Source: a virus
Length of the DNA stretch: 64,000 bases
Virus record (IMG/VR): IMGVR_UViG_3300035491_000193
Coordinates: 95,451 to 159,450 of that record
Strand: one strand, 5' to 3'
The notes beneath the pieces are model-generated. The model had not been told where the DNA came from, did no database searches, and saw only the letters and a list, made by a program, of their open reading frames with translations. This document shows positions 56,053-64,000 of the stretch, piece by piece. The position numbers and the translations under genes were made by a program. Position 1 is the stretch's first letter, and each line of letters opens with the position of its first letter.

Positions 56053-56913
56053 TTAATTCCAGGGGGTTCCGTCGGTCGCGAGGAAGACTTGGCTATCTCC
56101 CCGCGGCACGACCAAATATGGGATGTTTTGTAACACACTGCTAATCCGACGTTTGGAAGCCTCGATGTCGGGCGTCAGCTGCTTGGTGTAGGGGTACGAC
56201 ATCAGCGGTATCGTGCCATCTTGCTTGATGATGATACGAATGCCTTCCACTTCTGCCACCTGCCGCTCAAATTCAGAAGCGGACACCAGCCGGATGTTTT
56301 TGACTTCCGACAGGATGGTGTTGGCAGCAGCCAAGCAATCTTCCTGATACTCACGACTGTCGAAGTCGTTAGAGCGCACACGGAGTCGGCGGTTGTGGGG
56401 AAGATGGTCCCAGGCCTGCCGATAACGTTCATGTACGGCTTTGAGGTATTCGCTACCACGCTGCTCGATCCGACAATCCTCCGCTCTCCCACGCAGTCGG
56501 GTCATGGCCACCGTGAAATCGACGTCCAACCATACGGTATAGTCGGGTAAGCTCGCCACCGACTGATCTACTTCATCCATGGCGTGGTTCTGGTACGCGA
56601 AGGACGATGCCAGGTGTCGATCGCAAATCACCACCTTGTTTTGATCCAAGGCAGGCTTAATGACTTCCATCCACAGTTGGTGCCGGGCAGCCGACATCAT
56701 CAAATACTCAGACAGTGGGTGGATGGTCTCCTTCACCGACGTGTCCTTAAGGTAACTGCGGATTTGCTCAGCCAGTGGCGTGCCACCAGGCTGGCGACAC
56801 AGCACAACGTCGAGCCCTTGCTGTTTGAAGGTCTTCTCCAATCGCCAGCAGAATGTGGATTTACCGGCACCGTCGAACCCTTCGACTACCACAAACATCC
56901 CCTTCCGTTCCAT
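56053..56913 (-). CDS. tmk: Thymidylate (dTMP) kinase with C-terminal extension
   Basis: VVEGFDGAGKST P-loop, RQPGGT, SAAR, and DRHLASSFAYQ. Confidence 0.9.
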   Translation of the reverse strand: MERKGMFVVVEGFDGAGKSTFCWRLEKTFKQQGLDVVLCRQPGGTPLAEQIRSYLKDTSVKETIHPLSEYLMMSAARHQLWMEVIKPALDQNKVVICDRHLASSFAYQNHAMDEVDQSVASLPDYTVWLDVDFTVAMTRLRGRAEDCRIEQRGSEYLKAVHERYRQAWDHLPHNRRLRVRSNDFDSREYQEDCLAAANTILSEVKNIRLVSASEFERQVAEVEGIRIIIKQDGTIPLMSYPYTKQLTPDIEASKRRISSVLQNIPYLVVPRGDSQVFLATDGTPWN

Positions 56914-57314
56914 TATTCGCTCCTGTATGGTGACATACCCTTTGAAATTAACATGCTGTGTTGGGGCGGATTAACAGCGGTGTAGCCGCGCTCGCCTGGT
57001 GTGATGACGTCCACAGTACAGCAGGACACGTTAGCCAATAGCCAGTCGAACGTCAGTGGTTCGGTCGTGTTGAACAACTGACACATATACTGCATGCCTT
57101 CGACGATTGCGGCTTGTAGCGTCGCATCTTCACGTACTCGGTCCAAGAAGGTCAGCGATCCTGCGAAGTCCAACTGCCAGGACACATGACCAATGACGTA
57201 GACTGGCATGGACGACACCGACCCCAGACATGTAAACAGTTCGCGCCGTAAGTGTTCATCCACAGTGACCGTAAAACTCACCCCGACGCCTAATTTAAAC
57301 ACACACTTTAACAT
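56913..57314 (-). CDS. Hypothetical protein
   Basis: GGAG RBS before ATG 57314; TAATG coupling to tmk. Confidence 0.6.
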   Translation of the reverse strand: MLKCVFKLGVGVSFTVTVDEHLRRELFTCLGSVSSMPVYVIGHVSWQLDFAGSLTFLDRVREDATLQAAIVEGMQYMCQLFNTTEPLTFDWLLANVSCCTVDVITPGERGYTAVNPPQHSMLISKGMSPYRSE

Positions 57315-57330
57315 AGGACTAGACTCCCGG

Positions 57331-58005
57331 TTATTTTTGATAGGTATTGAGGATTTCACACACATAGTTGGGGAGTCGTTTGAACGAACCCATCCGTTCA
57401 AACATCAAATAGTGGGCTTCCAGTTCCCACGGTTTGGCCTTCATCTCAGCCATCATGAACCGAAGTGCAGGTATTGCATCAGGGTAAATGTCAGCATACT
57501 CCGCAAGCAGACACTCGACCTCACTGGCCTTCATGGCCATTCGCATTTCTTGCCCCTTCCAAACGAAACGTCCGCCTAATACATCAATGAGGAAGTCGCT
57601 GCGTGCGATCTGGTCGATGTGGATGGATTCATGAAACATCACCGAGTCAAAATACGATGGGTCGTCTACTGAGTCAGCGAGAAAGTCGCTTGGGACCACA
57701 ATGTGAGGGACATTGCTCGCCACGTCAAGGGTGACGAATGCTGTAACTTGGTCCAAGATACAATCGATCTGGTAGTCCTTACAAAGCTCACGAAACGCAA
57801 CACAGTCGACGGTGGTCACGTTGCAGCGCTCCAGTCCATTGATGTCGTGCGGGCGACTAAGCAGATCATCCACATGGTGCGGTAAATTAATCGTTGCTAA
57901 CGACCGGCGACGGAAGTCGGCCAGCGACCCACGACTGTCAATGATCGCCAGCTGTTCGCGGGGGATGTCAGCACGCTGCATCGGGGTGGGGGTATAAATG
58001 TTCAT
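57331..58005 (-). CDS. Putative zincin metallopeptidase (HEXXH)
   Basis: FHESIHIDQI plus downstream PWELEA. Confidence 0.55.
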   Translation of the reverse strand: MNIYTPTPMQRADIPREQLAIIDSRGSLADFRRRSLATINLPHHVDDLLSRPHDINGLERCNVTTVDCVAFRELCKDYQIDCILDQVTAFVTLDVASNVPHIVVPSDFLADSVDDPSYFDSVMFHESIHIDQIARSDFLIDVLGGRFVWKGQEMRMAMKASEVECLLAEYADIYPDAIPALRFMMAEMKAKPWELEAHYLMFERMGSFKRLPNYVCEILNTYQK

Positions 58006-58020
58006 GATGGGATCTCCAAG

Positions 58021-58056
58021 ATAAAGAAGGTGGTAGGTAGGGCGTCCCCTACCTAC
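58021..58056 (-). terminator. Intrinsic terminator
   Basis: GGTAGGTAGGG-CGT-CCCTACCTACC with an A-rich tract to its left. Confidence 0.65.
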
Positions 58057-58063
58057 CTATGTA

Positions 58064-58675
58064 TCATTGATAACGTTCTGCGTAGAATTCAGGGTTCAGA
58101 CCGAAAACGCGCTCGCCTTTGTTGGTCATGCAAACCGGACCCTCGCAGCGATAGTATTCGGTCTGACCAATGGCATTGGCCATCGGTACCGCAAACATCA
58201 GGTCATCTACGGAAACGTCCTGACCATTGTAAGTGCATTTAACGTCCGTACAATCGACGTCGTAGACGTCTTCACCGATGTACAGGTCGCTACTACCAAA
58301 CTCGCGCAGGTAGTTCGTAACTTGCATCGCAGTGTACGGTCCGTATCCGTCCCAGAACGCCACGGTTTCCCCGTCGATAACCGACAATCGGTATTCGCCG
58401 GCGACCAAGTACAGCCCGGCGGGTGCCCGTCCGAAGGTCTCATTGGAAGCGACCTGGACACAGTCAGTGTTCGGATCGCAGACGACCAGGCTGTTGGTCT
58501 CGTAATTAAACTCACTTTTTCCCTTTTCCCCAAAGAACGAAATGGTTTTGACGAGAGGGTCGTTGATGTCAGTGCAATACGTCAGTCCTTGGCCGGGAAT
58601 GCACGGATACCACGTCGGGGCAACAGCCGCTACGGAACCGGAGAACGCCAGACAAACGAGTGCAAGTTGTTTCAT
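58064..58675 (-). CDS. Secreted Cys-rich protein of unknown function
   Basis: Sec-type signal MKQLALVCLAFSGSVAA; 8 Cys in the mature part; AAGGA RBS. Confidence 0.65.
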   Translation of the reverse strand: MKQLALVCLAFSGSVAAVAPTWYPCIPGQGLTYCTDINDPLVKTISFFGEKGKSEFNYETNSLVVCDPNTDCVQVASNETFGRAPAGLYLVAGEYRLSVIDGETVAFWDGYGPYTAMQVTNYLREFGSSDLYIGEDVYDVDCTDVKCTYNGQDVSVDDLMFAVPMANAIGQTEYYRCEGPVCMTNKGERVFGLNPEFYAERYQ

Positions 58676-58687
58676 GTTAAGTCCTTA

Positions 58688-59518
58688 TTACAAAAGAGGG
58701 GTGACTAATTTAGAGAGGTCGGTTATTAACTGTTGCCGATGTTCAGAGCTGCGTGCCGTGTAGGGCGTCACACGACTACCATGCCATTGCAGGTTATCTT
58801 GTCGAGTACGAATACATCGCCAGTTCTCTTCCACCATAAGGTCCGGAAAGTATTGCTTAAGCAGGTCTTCCGGTCTGCCATGTCCCAGCTCTACCGGGTC
58901 GTGGAACGCAAGAGGCGTCCCTTCCAATCCGAGGCTATCAAGGGTACTGGTCAACATAGTGGGACCCACCACGTCCTCCTCCACGTCACGTAGTCGTTGT
59001 TCAGAGGTAAGGTTGCTGTCCCGAAACTCAAACAGCTCACTGAACAGCTCATGCAGGAAATGCTCGCCACTTACGGCGGCTTGACATACCGTACGTGGAC
59101 CCACATGTGGCGTGGGGTCATTCATCAATGCTTGCAGCACACAGCGTGGAGTGATAATCTCCGGCGCATGTTCCGGGTAGATGTCGTAGGTGCTGCGACT
59201 GCGTCGGGTGGCACCTATGATCATCTCAATGGTGTTGTTGAAGGCAACCCAGCCACAAGCAGTATGTAGTAACTCACCACGTACCAAAAACCGACAGACG
59301 GTCCCATCGACGACCAAGTGACGAAAGTAGATGCTCTCATGATTCGAGGTGACCGTTACTTCTCCGGTTTTAACGACCCTCAGCAGGCCTTTACATTGAA
59401 TCTTGTTGGGGCGCTGTCCGCGACGGATCATGTCCCGAATCTGTTCGAGTCGCTCTTGATCGATTTCGTAATGGCGACGATATTGCGGTATGCGCTGGAC
59501 GTTTTTGTAAAGTTCCAC
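58688..59518 (-). CDS. Hypothetical protein; probable GTG start at 59518
   Basis: GGGAG RBS before the GTG; the longer ORF-track start would run through a terminator. Confidence 0.6.
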   Translation of the reverse strand: MELYKNVQRIPQYRRHYEIDQERLEQIRDMIRRGQRPNKIQCKGLLRVVKTGEVTVTSNHESIYFRHLVVDGTVCRFLVRGELLHTACGWVAFNNTIEMIIGATRRSRSTYDIYPEHAPEIITPRCVLQALMNDPTPHVGPRTVCQAAVSGEHFLHELFSELFEFRDSNLTSEQRLRDVEEDVVGPTMLTSTLDSLGLEGTPLAFHDPVELGHGRPEDLLKQYFPDLMVEENWRCIRTRQDNLQWHGSRVTPYTARSSEHRQQLITDLSKLVTPLL

Positions 59519-59536
59519 CTGTAAACTCCCATCGAT

Positions 59537-59561
59537 AAAAAAAGAGGAGCCGAAGCTCCTC
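59537..59561 (-). terminator. Intrinsic terminator with UUCG loop
   Basis: GAGGAGC-CGAA-GCTCCTC with an A7 run to its left. Confidence 0.75.
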
Positions 59562-59582
59562 GTTAACATGACTATTGCCGCA

Positions 59583-59957
59583 TCATTGGAAATGCGGATT
59601 GAACACGATATCAACGATTTTGCCGTTCTCACGAACAATGTTGGACTTCATACGTCCAGCGGAAAACCGAGCGCTGGAGAAAATGCCCAGCGTGGCATGC
59701 AGACATGCGCGACTCAGACAGCTGAAGTCGCCCTTACGCACCAGCCCGTTGATGCTGTAAACTGTCTGCCCGAAGTGGATCGTGTGTGACCACTCGACGA
59801 CAGGCACATCGTCCAGCCAGCGCATTTCGTTGTTAATGCAACGGCCACGACTGGAAGAGTAGCCAAGTTTTTGGTAGCGGTCCAGTAGGGCTTCCTTACG
59901 AGCAACCAGCTTGCGACCGTTGGACCATTTCATCTTTACTTTGAGGGAATTAAACAT
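59583..59957 (-). CDS. Hypothetical protein
   Basis: GGAG RBS before ATG 59957. Confidence 0.6.
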   Translation of the reverse strand: MFNSLKVKMKWSNGRKLVARKEALLDRYQKLGYSSSRGRCINNEMRWLDDVPVVEWSHTIHFGQTVYSINGLVRKGDFSCLSRACLHATLGIFSSARFSAGRMKSNIVRENGKIVDIVFNPHFQ

Positions 59958-60023
59958 AACGGTATCTCCAAGATAGTGCACGGTATTGTGCAGATGAATC
60001 GCATTTTGTATGCTGATTCACTA

Positions 60024-60041
60024 GGATGATATATATCTGAG
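60024..60041 (-). promoter_or_regulatory. Repeated promoter-like motif CTCAGATATATATCATCC
   Basis: Intergenic, immediately after the stop of the upstream gene; near-identical copies at 31956 and 52748. Confidence 0.6.
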
Positions 60042-60042
60042 A

Positions 60043-60246
60043 TTATTTTAATTCCAAGAACGCGTGCACCTCGTAACTGACCACCCATGCAACCATAGCG
60101 ACCAGCCCAACTGTACCCCATTTCATTGCACGCATGTCGGACATTGACAGCGCACGCCGACCAACAACGGCAGACAACCAAATGGTGCCGTTAATACCCA
60201 CCAGTCCGATCGCAGCCATCGCTAATACAAACAGAATGTTTTCCAT
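60043..60246 (-). CDS. Small membrane protein with two TM segments (67 aa)
   Basis: Two hydrophobic helices; GGAGAG RBS. Confidence 0.6.
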   Translation of the reverse strand: MENILFVLAMAAIGLVGINGTIWLSAVVGRRALSMSDMRAMKWGTVGLVAMVAWVVSYEVHAFLELK

Positions 60247-60261
60247 AGGAACTCTCCAACA

Positions 60262-60302
60262 GTAAATAAAAAAAGGACGGTGGAGGGGACAACCCCTCCA
60301 CC
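60262..60302 (-). terminator. Intrinsic terminator
   Basis: GGTGGAGGGG-ACAA-CCCCTCCACC with an A7 run to its left. Confidence 0.75.
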
Positions 60303-60304
60303 TG

Positions 60305-60700
60305 TTAACGCTGTGCGAAGTAATCTAAGAAGCCGCCTTCCGGCAGTACATAACTGACTGATTCGTCAGTCGCGATCTGATCCTAGTAGAACTCACAAGC
60401 ACGTCGGTATTTGAAGAACTCACCAGTTTGCAATTCTTCATTGACCTTATCACGCAGTCGACCGATGGCATCATGGACACTGAGTCCATCAAGTATCATC
60501 GGGTACCAGTGACATGTGCCCAATGTACGGCACAAGCGGTCGTGTTCGACATTACCCCCACCAAAGCCATCGATGATGTTCATTGCACACATTGAATCGT
60601 ACGACAAGAAAGCGGTGTATCCACCACCATATCACATTTTCGACACATGCAAGGTCATACCCTGCTCATCGAGCAGCACGTCAAAAGGTTGTTTTTCCAT
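60305..60700 (-). pseudogene. 131-codon gene interrupted by two in-frame stops (TGA 60634-60632, TAG 60385-60383)
   Basis: GAGGA RBS and TAATG coupling at the start; a single frame runs to TAA 60305, directly followed by a terminator. Confidence 0.65.
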
Positions 60701-60891
60701 TACACTTTCCTCAAGTTGATGGGTGGGGTGGCTGGGAGGTTGATGCGCTGGCCACGGGGGCCGTCGGGCAGCTTGGTGATGTCTGAAAGTGCTTTCGTGA
60801 ACTGAAGTAGGTCAAGCGTCTTAACCTTGTGTACTTGACCCGCGATGCGGAGTTGGACATAATCCGGTCCTTTATATAAAAGTTCAAACAT
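60700..60891 (-). CDS. Small hypothetical protein (63 aa)
   Basis: Starts 2 nt after the upstream stop and is coupled to the downstream gene. Confidence 0.6.
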   Translation of the reverse strand: MFELLYKGPDYVQLRIAGQVHKVKTLDLLQFTKALSDITKLPDGPRGQRINLPATPPINLRKV

Positions 60892-60893
60892 AG

Positions 60894-62870
60894 TTATCTC
60901 ACAATGTGTTGGGTTAACAGGTCGAGGTTGCCGACGTATTTCAAATTGTCACTATCGATGAACAACTCCCCATTTTCCAATCCCAGTTGAGACCGCGAGA
61001 TGTTATACATGGCCAGTAACACGATACCGTTAACGGACGTTGGTTTGGGCTTGCGCTTAATCAAATCTTGCAATGCAGTGAATCCTTCAATATTCTCTGG
61101 CGATTCAGGATCCACACCCGACGCCCACAAACTAACCCGAATCGACGTTTTCACATCTTCATTGAGGTCGCACGTCGGCTGCTCCAACAGTATCAGTACC
61201 TGACTGCGGATTGCTATGAAGCGCCAGACGGTCTCACAAAGTTGGTACAACGTGTCGGGCCGCCACTTTGCGGTTTTGGTTAGCAACCCTGCATTGAACA
61301 AAGTGCTGATGCCGACTGTAGTGTGCGCAGGCAAGCTGATAGCATTCTGCCGCAGTCTGTTCCCGAGCCGATCTACGTCGATCGTTAGAGTTAACAGAGC
61401 ATGTTCACCATCGTTGAAGGTCAGCTTACCCTCGCTAGTTACCTCCACCTCAACGCCTGCCATTATCGTAGTGTAAACTTCCCCCGCAATCGCAAGATCA
61501 TCATTGAATGTGAGCTCTAACGTCGTTTCGTCCACATCTACCGAGACATGGAAAGCTAGCCGGTCGACGTGCACCATGTTGTACAGTAGAATCGGCAGTA
61601 CCTCAGGCACGAACGTTAGTGTGGATGTAACCATGACCTCCTGGACGATGCCGGGGATCGGCGGGACTTCCCGCACCCTGTCGAGATTGACTTCGGTGGC
61701 ACTTTCAAGGTCACGAATCGCCAACTCCTGCTCCACGTAAGCGGCGGCAGAATGTCGCCGCTTGACCACTGAAAGATCTTCCCAACCACTAACCGAGTAA
61801 CCGATTTGTTGTGCCAATTGCGCGTAGTCGTTATCGTCACCAGCCGCCCTGAGGTCGTTTAGTGTCCATGGCCCATATTCAACCATGTGTTTGACAATCG
61901 CGTTTGGCACAAACCGGTAAATGCCGTCCTCGGATACTTGCACGCGCTGAATGGGGTGCTTGGTGGCGCGACGAAACGTCTCGTCACCGGAATACGTCAG
62001 CGAAACCTCACCATTAATGCGTTCCAGCTGATTGTCAGCTGCGATCCTTGACAATATCGCCTTCCTACATAGCCTCTCCTCGTCAATGTCACAGTCAAGG
62101 TGGTCTGGCGGCCCTAACTGGACTTTGTCGGACGGTCGAGTGGGTGGCGTCACACTATCCGTAAAGAACGGTCCAAATGTACTCTTACGAATATTCGCAA
62201 GTTCCAAATAGGGGACAACTTTCCCAGCGGCCATCTGCTCGAACCGATCGGAGAGCATGTTGAGTCGAGCCGCACTCATCCGAAAGTGATCTGCTGCGGA
62301 CTGTCCTTCAGGCAGTGTGTCCTTCAGGTGATGTTTGACCAGCCGACCCGTAGGGCCCAGTGCATACACTTCAAACTCTTCCGGTTGCTCTTCAGTACCT
62401 TTGAGATTGGCGAATAGTGGCAGGAACTGGTCATGGTAGTCAGCACCAGCATCTGTTTGCAGTCGCACGTTATCCGTCAGGTCCTTCAGAGTGATGGGAC
62501 TGATTTCCAGGATCTGCGTTTTCGGCTCCAGCAGCAGCAGCTGTCGGTGGCTACGGCCGTAGATGTCGTTGTGTGGCGTGTAAATGAGCGCATCGACTTC
62601 TTTGTGAACCTTAAGATAATTGTGCTCTTGCAGCTCATAGTTATCCCTCGACCGGTGCCAGACGCGAGGATTGGTGACCTGGTACTTGATTTTGTATGCG
62701 TGCATACCGGATAGCCAAGGCGAAGCCCATTCGTACAAATCGTCCGACAGGTAGAACGTGCCGTCTCGAATGTCGCGATCCAACGTCTCATCGGGATCAA
62801 CCCAATGGTAGCCGATTCCAATGTGAGGAACACCTGTCCTAGCATCGTCGAAACAAGTGATGGTTGTCAT
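60894..62870 (-). CDS. Multidomain (polyvalent-like) protein, 658 aa, with possible N-terminal ADP-ribosyltransferase-fold domain
   Basis: AAGGAG RBS; N-terminal YHW...GTFYLS...VTNPRV...VDALIY...QLLLLEPKTQI pattern; internal HPIQ...RFVPNAIV...AQQIGYSVSG module. Confidence 0.55.
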   Translation of the reverse strand: MTTITCFDDARTGVPHIGIGYHWVDPDETLDRDIRDGTFYLSDDLYEWASPWLSGMHAYKIKYQVTNPRVWHRSRDNYELQEHNYLKVHKEVDALIYTPHNDIYGRSHRQLLLLEPKTQILEISPITLKDLTDNVRLQTDAGADYHDQFLPLFANLKGTEEQPEEFEVYALGPTGRLVKHHLKDTLPEGQSAADHFRMSAARLNMLSDRFEQMAAGKVVPYLELANIRKSTFGPFFTDSVTPPTRPSDKVQLGPPDHLDCDIDEERLCRKAILSRIAADNQLERINGEVSLTYSGDETFRRATKHPIQRVQVSEDGIYRFVPNAIVKHMVEYGPWTLNDLRAAGDDNDYAQLAQQIGYSVSGWEDLSVVKRRHSAAAYVEQELAIRDLESATEVNLDRVREVPPIPGIVQEVMVTSTLTFVPEVLPILLYNMVHVDRLAFHVSVDVDETTLELTFNDDLAIAGEVYTTIMAGVEVEVTSEGKLTFNDGEHALLTLTIDVDRLGNRLRQNAISLPAHTTVGISTLFNAGLLTKTAKWRPDTLYQLCETVWRFIAIRSQVLILLEQPTCDLNEDVKTSIRVSLWASGVDPESPENIEGFTALQDLIKRKPKPTSVNGIVLLAMYNISRSQLGLENGELFIDSDNLKYVGNLDLLTQHIVR

Positions 62871-62914
62871 GTGAAGCTCCTTTTATTTACCGCTACAGTA
62901 TTAAGTAGGCGCAT

Positions 62915-62942
62915 AAAAAACTAGGAGACCGAGGTCTCCTAG
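62915..62942 (-). terminator. Intrinsic terminator
   Basis: CTAGGAGAC-CGAG-GTCTCCTAG with an A6 run to its left. Confidence 0.75.
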
Positions 62943-62969
62943 CATTCGTTTTGATAATATATGTCTGTC

Positions 62970-64000
62970 TTACAGTGGGATGTTTTTCCAGCTGGTTAAG
63001 GGTGAGCCGCTAACTGCATAGCCAAACCTAGACCCATCGAGAAAAGGTGCCAGAAGTGGATCTGACGTTAGATCTATCGTGAAACTGTAGGGTGTGCCTG
63101 GATCCGTTCCGAGTACTGCGCCAGTTACGCTGAGAGTATTCCCGGCTCGAGTGACCGTAACTTCACGTCCAGAAATACCGTCCCAATTATAAGGTCCTGT
63201 GGTTGAATACTTAATGTCAAGTAACGCGGTGTTTGCTTGTAATGGGTTATATCGGATACCCCACTCTGGCCCGTCAACAACACCCTCAGATACATCGACA
63301 CGAACCGACAGCACGTGCTCATTACCTTGCGCATCCATGGCAAACATGGCAACGACATCGACTGGTAATCCGCCATTACCACCAGACTTGATGAGAGTTT
63401 TAAATGTGTAGTGCGTCCCCAACTTGGCTGATACGATGCCAACGTAAGAGCTCGGGTTTGCATCGTAAGTTATTTGGTTATTGACAGCATCGTATTGAAA
63501 TCCGGTGAGTTCGCTGGCAATGGCCGGAAAGAGGCCGGAAGTATTGTGTGAGAATCGGTAGCCATCCACAATTAAATCGCTGGGATTCACCATGCGATAA
63601 TCGGGGAGAAATTCGATATTGCCAGTGTAGACCAAGCCATTGAATTGCAGTTGGTAACTGTCAGGTTCTGTATGGGCAACTACCTTGGCTTCATCGCCGA
63701 CATTTAAGCCGAACTTGGTAAGCAGATGGAGATGTAAGTCTTGGCTGACTGCAGGCAGTCCCAACGCTCCCGCGAATACGTCCTGGTAGTCAGTGGAATA
63801 CCGCCGCTGCGCGCCCGCCACCTGCCCGTCCTGATCAATGAGACTGAATAAATGATCCACGTCGATGCGATCGTATTCGAACGTGACGTAGTCCCCGTCG
63901 ACCTCAGAAGGGTCGATTAACAGGTCCACGTCCACCTCAGTGGTGGTTGGCGGCAGTGTGGTCACTAAATTGCGGGTACTGATGTCATCTTTGGTGAGTG
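62970..64000 (-). CDS. Virion-protein paralog with lectin-like C-terminal domain; 5' end lies outside the window
   Basis: The frame is open upstream of the ORF-track start to the window edge (..LTKDDISTRNLVTTLPP). The C-terminus (YVGIVS...YTF...GNEHVLSV...VTRAGN...IDL...LDGSRFGY) resembles the C-terminal domains of fibre paralogs 1 and 3. Confidence 0.65.
   Translation of the reverse strand, partial: LTKDDISTRNLVTTLPPTTTEVDVDLLIDPSEVDGDYVTFEYDRIDVDHLFSLIDQDGQVAGAQRRYSTDYQDVFAGALGLPAVSQDLHLHLLTKFGLNVGDEAKVVAHTEPDSYQLQFNGLVYTGNIEFLPDYRMVNPSDLIVDGYRFSHNTSGLFPAIASELTGFQYDAVNNQITYDANPSSYVGIVSAKLGTHYTFKTLIKSGGNGGLPVDVVAMFAMDAQGNEHVLSVRVDVSEGVVDGPEWGIRYNPLQANTALLDIKYSTTGPYNWDGISGREVTVTRAGNTLSVTGAVLGTDPGTPYSFTIDLTSDPLLAPFLDGSRFGYAVSGSPLTSWKNIPL

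Noticed and set aside
60305-60700. Genome-wide stop-codon reassignment as the explanation for the internal stops
   Set aside because: TGA ends many genes, including ATGA-coupled pairs (13161, 20230, 31981), and TAG ends ORFs at 18226 and 23626. All long genes are intact under the standard code.
1-64000. tRNA, rRNA, CRISPR array, IS elements
   Set aside because: Intergenic gaps are short and explained by terminators or RBSs; no cloverleaf, regularly spaced repeats or transposase motifs were seen by eye. A tRNAscan/Infernal run would be the definitive check.

Overview
This window is a 64-kb segment of a PhiKZ-like jumbo phage (the nucleus-forming Chimalliviridae type). The call rests on three split virion RNA polymerase (vRNAP) subunit genes, a 2369-aa tape-measure/lytic transglycosylase, UvsX-like, RNase H-like and SbcC-like genes, and a block of paralogous tail-fibre/baseplate genes, all in the gene order I recall for PhiKZ/SPN3US-like phages. 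The shell gene itself is not in the window. Structural genes lie mostly on the + strand; replication, accessory and hypothetical genes lie mostly on the - strand and are punctuated by hairpin terminators. The clearest hidden feature is a 469-nt ORF-less group I intron (1403-1871, - strand). It splits the RNAP beta-prime catalytic motif exactly as GAD|FDGD, so the ORF track shows the gene as two unrelated ORFs. Other points of interest: a repeated 18-nt promoter-like motif; a gene broken by two in-frame stop codons (60305-60700); a dispersed set of ADP-ribose-related genes (NADAR-like, DarG-like macrodomain, SLOG, Nudix and a possible ART-fold polyvalent protein); and a secreted Cys-rich protein. 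No tRNA, rRNA, CRISPR array or intein was recognised. All family assignments come from motif recognition by eye; no database search was run.
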